A stretch of 44,172 nucleotides of DNA from Candidatus Gottesmanbacteria bacterium (GTDB lineage: Bacteria > Patescibacteriota > Microgenomatia > 2-02-FULL-39-11): assembly GCA_016186795.1 (NCBI GenBank), contig JACPKY010000002.1, positions 670,771 through 714,942 of the forward strand, in the 5' to 3' direction. Positions 38,794 to 44,172 of the stretch are shown in pieces. A program made the translations under genes and the position numbers. The number at the start of each line of letters is the position of its first letter. The first letter of the stretch is position 1. Below the pieces are notes generated by a model. It had not been told where the DNA came from and searched no databases. It saw only the letters and a list, made by a program, of their open reading frames with translations.

Positions 38794-40092
38794 ATGAAAT
38801 TTATACAAAATATTCTCTTTGAAAAATTTTTCCAATTCAGTCTAATTTCTTCAGTAGGGTCCGTTCTGAGTGGATTAATCAGTTTTGGGGTATACCTTCT
38901 ATTAATACGATATTTAACATTTGAAGAGTATGGAATCTATACCAGTTTATTTGCAATCGTTGGACTGATTACTTTTTTCTCTCACAGCTTTTCACTGTAT
39001 TTCACAACTATTGGATCATTGCAAAAAAATGGTAAGATCTCCTCTCGGGAAGTCCTGAAAATCCTCAAGGTATTCTCAGCAAAAGTACTTATCTCAGTTA
39101 TTCTATTGTCTGTTCTATTGTTAATCCTAAAAGAAGAAATTCTTCTATATTTTCCTCAATTTCCGTTCCAATATTTTTGGTTTATTCTCCTCCTCACTTT
39201 CATCGCGCTCCTTCATCCAATGATTGATGGACTACTCCAGGGGTTACAACAATTCGTACAACTTACTGCACTTTCTCTATTCATTACCCTCATAAAAGCT
39301 CTGGGAATTTCGCTTGCGGTCATTTATTCACTCTCCCTTCCATATATTCTCTTAGCAGTAATATTTTCTATCTTCATTTTATATGTTCTTTCGTATCTTT
39401 TATATCGGAGGTATCCTACGATACGAATAAGAAAAAATACTTCTAAGAACGTTAGTCTTTATCTGCCCGGTATATGGACATATGCCGGTATCACTCTTTT
39501 CCTTGGGAGTTTTTTTAATACAGATATTTTGATTTTGAGTCATGTCCAAAATCCTCTTCTCGTGGGACAATATGCAGTTCAGATGAATATTGCGAAGATT
39601 GTTCTTTTTGGAAATAGTATACTTCTTCCAATTGTGTATTCTCTATCAAGTCACTTCGCAATACGGAAAGATTCAGGACATAAAATTCCATTCCAAGCAA
39701 TCTTTTTCTCCCTATTTTTCAGTGGATTGATGATAATTCTCATAAGATTTTTCCCTCAATTTATCCTCCCTCTTTTTTCCAAGAAAAATTTTAGTCCCGC
39801 AGAAAATATTTTAATAATTATGATCTTGACAACAACTTTTTTCTCACTTTCAACAATCCTACTCCATTATTTACTCTCTTATAGACAGACAATCTTCCTT
39901 ATACCTTTAATATTTTTGAATATTCTCCAAATAGCACTTCTTACTCTCTACCATAATTCCTTTTTCGAAATAGCAATCTCAATGTTCATCATCCAGTTAA
40001 TACTACTTTTTATTGCATTAACCTTTTTCCTTACGTATATCTATAAACAATCATGGAAGAAAAATCTATCCACTGAGTTTTCAAAACAATGA
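38794..40092 (+). CDS. Wzx-like oligosaccharide flippase (MOP family)
   Basis: About 12 hydrophobic segments; RYLTFEEYG, LQGLQQF, NTDILIL and VGQYA motifs. Confidence 0.85.
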   Translation: MKFIQNILFEKFFQFSLISSVGSVLSGLISFGVYLLLIRYLTFEEYGIYTSLFAIVGLITFFSHSFSLYFTTIGSLQKNGKISSREVLKILKVFSAKVLISVILLSVLLLILKEEILLYFPQFPFQYFWFILLLTFIALLHPMIDGLLQGLQQFVQLTALSLFITLIKALGISLAVIYSLSLPYILLAVIFSIFILYVLSYLLYRRYPTIRIRKNTSKNVSLYLPGIWTYAGITLFLGSFFNTDILILSHVQNPLLVGQYAVQMNIAKIVLFGNSILLPIVYSLSSHFAIRKDSGHKIPFQAIFFSLFFSGLMIILIRFFPQFILPLFSKKNFSPAENILIIMILTTTFFSLSTILLHYLLSYRQTIFLIPLIFLNILQIALLTLYHNSFFEIAISMFIIQLILLFIALTFFLTYIYKQSWKKNLSTEFSKQ

Positions 40093-40123
40093 ATTTAATT
40101 CTGAAACGTATTAGGTATCACAC

Positions 40124-41083
40124 ATGAAGATGCTCGATCTAACGGTAATAATTCCTGTGTATAATGGTGCAACAGTCATTGAAGATGTGCTTGGTAGTTT
40201 AGAAACTCAGGCGTATCCGATCCGAAAAGTTATTATTGTTGATGATAAATCAACTGATCAAAGTCTAAAAATAGTACAGAAATACAAAAAAAAATCTCAT
40301 TTGAATATAGCACTTATTTTACACACGAAAAATCAAGGTTTAGCGCAAAGCTATAATTCTGCTTTAATAAAGGTTCAAACTCCTTATGTTGTAACTCTCA
40401 TGCAAGATTGTGTATTATCTTCGGACAATGTTATTGAGCACCTTATAATGCCTTTTTTAAAAAACAAAACCCTCATCATTTCTTGTGCTAAAACGATAAA
40501 CCCTCTTTCGACATGGAAAACATATAATTTTTGGCTGAAATGTTTAATGGAAAGGCATGCCGGTCGAATTCTCTCTGGAAAAAATAACTCATGCTGCTGT
40601 TATTCTTATCGTACGTTGAAAAAAATTGGGTTTTTTAATACCAGGTTTTATCGAACTGCAGGAGAGGATACAGATATATTTTATCGGATGAACCAAATTG
40701 GAAATATTCTTGAAGTGAACACATTGGTGAAGCATATCCATAATCGAAATCCACAGTTTGGACTAACCGACTATATAAGGAAAGAAAATCAACGAGCAGA
40801 AGTATGTGGTGTGACATTTTCACATATGAAAGATCTCGGCTTTATAAACATTCTTCGGATCTTTGCACGACCTTTTATTTTACTAGGTTTAATAATACCC
40901 TATATGAATGTCGTATCTTTACTGCTAATAGTTTCATATGCATATCTCTATACCGAAAAAGTCTACTACTATGAAATTAGGAATCCTCGTATAATCTTAC
41001 TTCCATTCATTAACATATTTCTTTTTATAAGTTATACGTGGTATTTTTCGCGTGGATTTATAACAAAAAAACAGATACTTTGA
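40124..41083 (+). CDS. Glycosyltransferase family 2 with C-terminal membrane helices
   Basis: TVIIPVYN, IIVDDKSTD, NQGLAQSYN and AGEDTD motifs. Confidence 0.88.
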   Translation: MKMLDLTVIIPVYNGATVIEDVLGSLETQAYPIRKVIIVDDKSTDQSLKIVQKYKKKSHLNIALILHTKNQGLAQSYNSALIKVQTPYVVTLMQDCVLSSDNVIEHLIMPFLKNKTLIISCAKTINPLSTWKTYNFWLKCLMERHAGRILSGKNNSCCCYSYRTLKKIGFFNTRFYRTAGEDTDIFYRMNQIGNILEVNTLVKHIHNRNPQFGLTDYIRKENQRAEVCGVTFSHMKDLGFINILRIFARPFILLGLIIPYMNVVSLLLIVSYAYLYTEKVYYYEIRNPRIILLPFINIFLFISYTWYFSRGFITKKQIL

Positions 41084-41087
41084 ACGT

Positions 41088-42731
41088 ATGAATATTTTGG
41101 GGATTACTGCACCTCTTTCGTGGAATCAGGCATGTGCAATCGTAGTAAACGGGAACCTTGTTGCTGTAGCGGAAGAGGAACGGTTTAATAGGATGAAACA
41201 CTCCCCCCGAATACCGCCATATCGAGCGACCGAATTCTGTCTGTCTCAATCAAAGATACATCCAAATGAAATTGATTATCTGGCAATTGGTTATCGATCG
41301 CCAATGATCGCGTATCTACTCAGTACTATCGAGAATATCAAAAATAGAGATTTTGAAAGAATCGTACGTGAGGCAGGAGCGTTTGCTGAATACTTTATTG
41401 GTCTTGTCCGATACAAAGAGTGGCTCCAAAAAATTGGAGTTGATTTTTCGAAAACAAAACTGTCTTTCATTCCTCACCATCTTGCACATGCGGCTTCGGC
41501 ATACCGATCATCCGGTATGACCAATGCCAACATTCTGACTCTTGATGGCCAAGGCGAAGATGATGCAGGAATGCTTGGGTTTGGAACGAATGGCGTTATT
41601 CACCCACTTGCGAAAATCGGGCACCATCAAGGGTTGGGATGGGTGTACAGCGAGACAACTGATCTGTTAGGTTTCAAAAGCCACTCTGACGAAGGAAAGG
41701 TCATGGGTCTTTCAGCATTTGGTAAAAAATCTTACAAAAAAAATCCTTGGCATGTAGAAAACATTTCCTATCAGCTTTTTCACAACTGGAATACACAATT
41801 TTGGCGCCAATATGGACCCAGAAGATATTCTCACGAACCATTAACAGCAAAACACAAAATATTAGCCCGGACAACTCAGAATTTTGTAGAACAAGCAGCA
41901 TCGGCGCTAGTAAGAAAACTGTATTCTCTCTCTCAATGTAATAATCTTGTTCTGGCAGGCGGAGTAGGGTTAAATTGTGATATGAATGCAAAAATTGCAT
42001 CGCTCCCTTTTATTAAAAACCTTTTTGTATATCCAGCAGCTGATGATGCTGGAACTGCAGTTGGCGCAGCACTTGAAGTTGCGGCAAAATTAGGAGAAAA
42101 AGCCGACTATGAAATGAAAGATACGTACCTTGGACCTGCGTATTCGAATAGCGAAATAGAAAAATCGTTAAAAGAGGCGAAAGTTCCACATAAACGATAC
42201 AAATCAACTGATGAAATCGCAACACTTCTTGTTCAGGGAAAAATAATTGGGTGGTTTCAAGGGAGAATGGAATTCGGCCCACGTGCACTTGGAAACAGAA
42301 GCATCCTCGCCCACCCAAATCTGTACGGTATGAAGGAAAAAATTAATGCCAATGTGAAACATCGGGAAACCTGGAGACCTTTTGCACCGACTATTCTTGA
42401 TGAAGATGGACCTCGTCTTTTCAAAAACTATTTCTACAGTCCTTTTATGACGGTGACGTTCCATACAACCTCTTATGGGGAAAAACTACTCTCGCAAACA
42501 ATTCATGTGGATCATACATCTCGTATCCAGAGTATCAAAAAAAACGATAATCAGAAGTTATATTCTCTATGGAAAGCATTCAAGAAACAAACATCTATCC
42601 CCGGGGTTTTAAATACCTCCTTAAATGACGATGGAGAACCAATTGTCTGTTCTCCCAAAGATGCACTACGAACGTTTTTCGCAACAGGTCTTGACTATAT
42701 CATCTTGGAAGATTATATAGTCTGCAAATGA
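41088..42731 (+). CDS. O-carbamoyltransferase (NodU/CmcH/NovN/TobZ family)
   Basis: EEERFNRMKH, HHLAHAASA, DGQGE, GKVMGL, GRMEFGPRALGNRSIL, RPFAP and LNTS motifs. Confidence 0.95.
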   Translation: MNILGITAPLSWNQACAIVVNGNLVAVAEEERFNRMKHSPRIPPYRATEFCLSQSKIHPNEIDYLAIGYRSPMIAYLLSTIENIKNRDFERIVREAGAFAEYFIGLVRYKEWLQKIGVDFSKTKLSFIPHHLAHAASAYRSSGMTNANILTLDGQGEDDAGMLGFGTNGVIHPLAKIGHHQGLGWVYSETTDLLGFKSHSDEGKVMGLSAFGKKSYKKNPWHVENISYQLFHNWNTQFWRQYGPRRYSHEPLTAKHKILARTTQNFVEQAASALVRKLYSLSQCNNLVLAGGVGLNCDMNAKIASLPFIKNLFVYPAADDAGTAVGAALEVAAKLGEKADYEMKDTYLGPAYSNSEIEKSLKEAKVPHKRYKSTDEIATLLVQGKIIGWFQGRMEFGPRALGNRSILAHPNLYGMKEKINANVKHRETWRPFAPTILDEDGPRLFKNYFYSPFMTVTFHTTSYGEKLLSQTIHVDHTSRIQSIKKNDNQKLYSLWKAFKKQTSIPGVLNTSLNDDGEPIVCSPKDALRTFFATGLDYIILEDYIVCK

Positions 42732-42733
42732 AC

Positions 42734-44170
42734 TTATTGAGATTTTCGATTCTCAATTTCATCAAGTTTGACAAGATTTCCCTTCGCTTGTACAAAATTA
42801 GGATCAAGCGTCAAAGCCTTTTGCAGCATCTCACGAGCCTTCTGATACTCCCCTCGCTCAGTGTAATAAACTGCCCAACTGTTATAGACGATAGGAGAAT
42901 TCGGGCTCAGTTGCAAAGATCTTTCCAATAATGATTGTGCCCTCTCATAATCACCTAGTTCTATGTATGCAGCTGCTCCATTTGTCATAGATGCTAGAAG
43001 AGTCGGATTATAACGCAAAGCTTGTTCAAAAAGAGCTGCTGCTTTTGTGGCGTCGTTTGTAAGCAAATACGTATTCCCAAGATTATGGTACGCCTCCGCA
43101 TACTTGGGACGAATTTCAATAGCTTTCATAAATTCTTCAATTGCTTTCTCTCTTTGGCCATGCCGAATATAGAAATCTCCCATATTGTTATGAGCAAGTG
43201 AAGAAAATGGTGAGACTGCAACTGTTGCCGGCCATAATGTATCTTGACTATACCAATCGGCGTTTCGAATAATCGTCCGAAGTGTATAAAATGTAAAAAG
43301 ACTCAAAAAGAGAATCCAAAAGAAATTTTCATATTTTCTCCAAACCCAAACAAATCCAGACGAAAGAACCATTATTAACCCTAAAGAGGAAAGGTACATA
43401 TACCGCTCGGCTACAATCCAGCTGATTTGAATCGGTAAAAGGGTAGGTATAAGTCCCCCAACAAAAATGATAAGTCCAAAAAAAATGAGTTTATTTTTGT
43501 AAAGAGAAAAAACCATACCCATTGCCAATAAAACAAGGAAAACAAGGAGAAAAAACTGAAGCTGCTCTGACACAAAAAATGATTCATGGTATAGTGTCAA
43601 CGGTATCGGCCAAAGAAAAAGTTTTATGTAAGACATAAACGCTAACGGAACTTGGATAAGAGGGTTAAAGACAACAGTACCACCGGTCTCTGGAGGATTG
43701 ACAGAAACAACTCTTTCTCCAAATCTGCCAAAGAGAGAGAATAGAAATAAGAATGTGGCTAAACAAACCGGGACCATAAAAGGAATACTCCGTTTCAGAG
43801 AGGAAAATAAGAGAAAATACGAACCGATTAAAAGAGGAATAGCAATCGCTTTTTCTGATGAATAAAATGATAAAAGTAGAAAGATAACAGCTGGAATAAT
43901 CCATACTTTTCCGAGAAGTTGTTTGTCAACTGCAATAAAAAAAACCATTGAAAATAGTCCGAAAAACGTATAGAGAATATAGGGCAATGCTGATATCCAA
44001 GTAACCGCTTCTGTATGAAGTGGATGTACTGCAAAAAAGAATGCAGATACACCTGCAAATCGTCTACTTCCGGAAACAAGAAAAAGCATGAGATACACAA
44101 GGAGAGTTACACCGAAATGAATAAGTATGTTGTTAATATGAAAAACAGATGGAATTGGACCAAAGAATCT
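42734..44170 (-). CDS. TMTC-like membrane GT-C glycosyltransferase with C-terminal TPR repeats (5' end beyond the window)
   Basis: Frame stays open to the window edge (FHINNILIH upstream of the ORF-track start). FAVHPLHTEAVTWIS, AERYMYLSS and RNADW...TLW motifs, then about 4 TPRs (AHNNMG, AYHNLG). Confidence 0.85.
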   Translation of the reverse strand, partial: RFFGPIPSVFHINNILIHFGVTLLVYLMLFLVSGSRRFAGVSAFFFAVHPLHTEAVTWISALPYILYTFFGLFSMVFFIAVDKQLLGKVWIIPAVIFLLLSFYSSEKAIAIPLLIGSYFLLFSSLKRSIPFMVPVCLATFLFLFSLFGRFGERVVSVNPPETGGTVVFNPLIQVPLAFMSYIKLFLWPIPLTLYHESFFVSEQLQFFLLVFLVLLAMGMVFSLYKNKLIFFGLIIFVGGLIPTLLPIQISWIVAERYMYLSSLGLIMVLSSGFVWVWRKYENFFWILFLSLFTFYTLRTIIRNADWYSQDTLWPATVAVSPFSSLAHNNMGDFYIRHGQREKAIEEFMKAIEIRPKYAEAYHNLGNTYLLTNDATKAAALFEQALRYNPTLLASMTNGAAAYIELGDYERAQSLLERSLQLSPNSPIVYNSWAVYYTERGEYQKAREMLQKALTLDPNFVQAKGNLVKLDEIENRKSQ

Positions 44171-44172
44171 AT

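Noticed and set aside
28052-42731. Antibiotic or secondary-metabolite cluster
   Set aside because: No PKS, NRPS or other scaffold enzyme; the Wzx flippase and multiple GT2s indicate a surface glycan.
1-44172. Alternative genetic code, tRNA/rRNA, CRISPR, IS elements, inteins or introns
   Set aside because: TGA terminates conserved genes at expected positions, intergenic gaps are all under 240 bp, and no such elements were seen by eye.

Overview
Bacterial chromosome segment using standard code 11 (TGA serves as stop in many ATGA overlaps). It is most consistent with a Patescibacteria/CPR (Microgenomates-like) genome: no uL30 gene between uS5 and uL15, minimal IF2, no rimP/rbfA/truB around nusA-infB, and few Shine-Dalgarno sites. 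Positions 1-21.6 kb (minus strand) hold a contiguous rpoB-rpoC-rpsL-rpsG-fusA-tuf-rpsJ-S10-spc superoperon ending in a truncated secY. Positions 21.8-28.0 kb (plus strand, divergent from rpoB) hold nusA, infB, a catalytically degenerate DHH-family gene, rpsO and pnp. Positions 28.0-44.2 kb are a two-armed divergent glycan locus: six GT2 glycosyltransferases, a Wzx-like flippase, a nucleotide-sugar dehydrogenase, an SDR epimerase/decarboxylase, a DegT aminotransferase, a sugar C-methyltransferase, a SAM methyltransferase, a GNAT and an O-carbamoyltransferase, converging on a TMTC-like GT-C/TPR protein. Main points of interest: a candidate protein-glycosylation system with antibiotic-type sugar tailoring; a DHH pseudo-enzyme with a terminal peptide motif; a recurrent promoter-hairpin-U-tract leader ahead of rpoB, nusA, rplC and tuf; and natural streptomycin- and rifampicin-resistance-type residues in uS12 and RpoB. 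All calls come from reading motifs by eye; no searches or folding were run.
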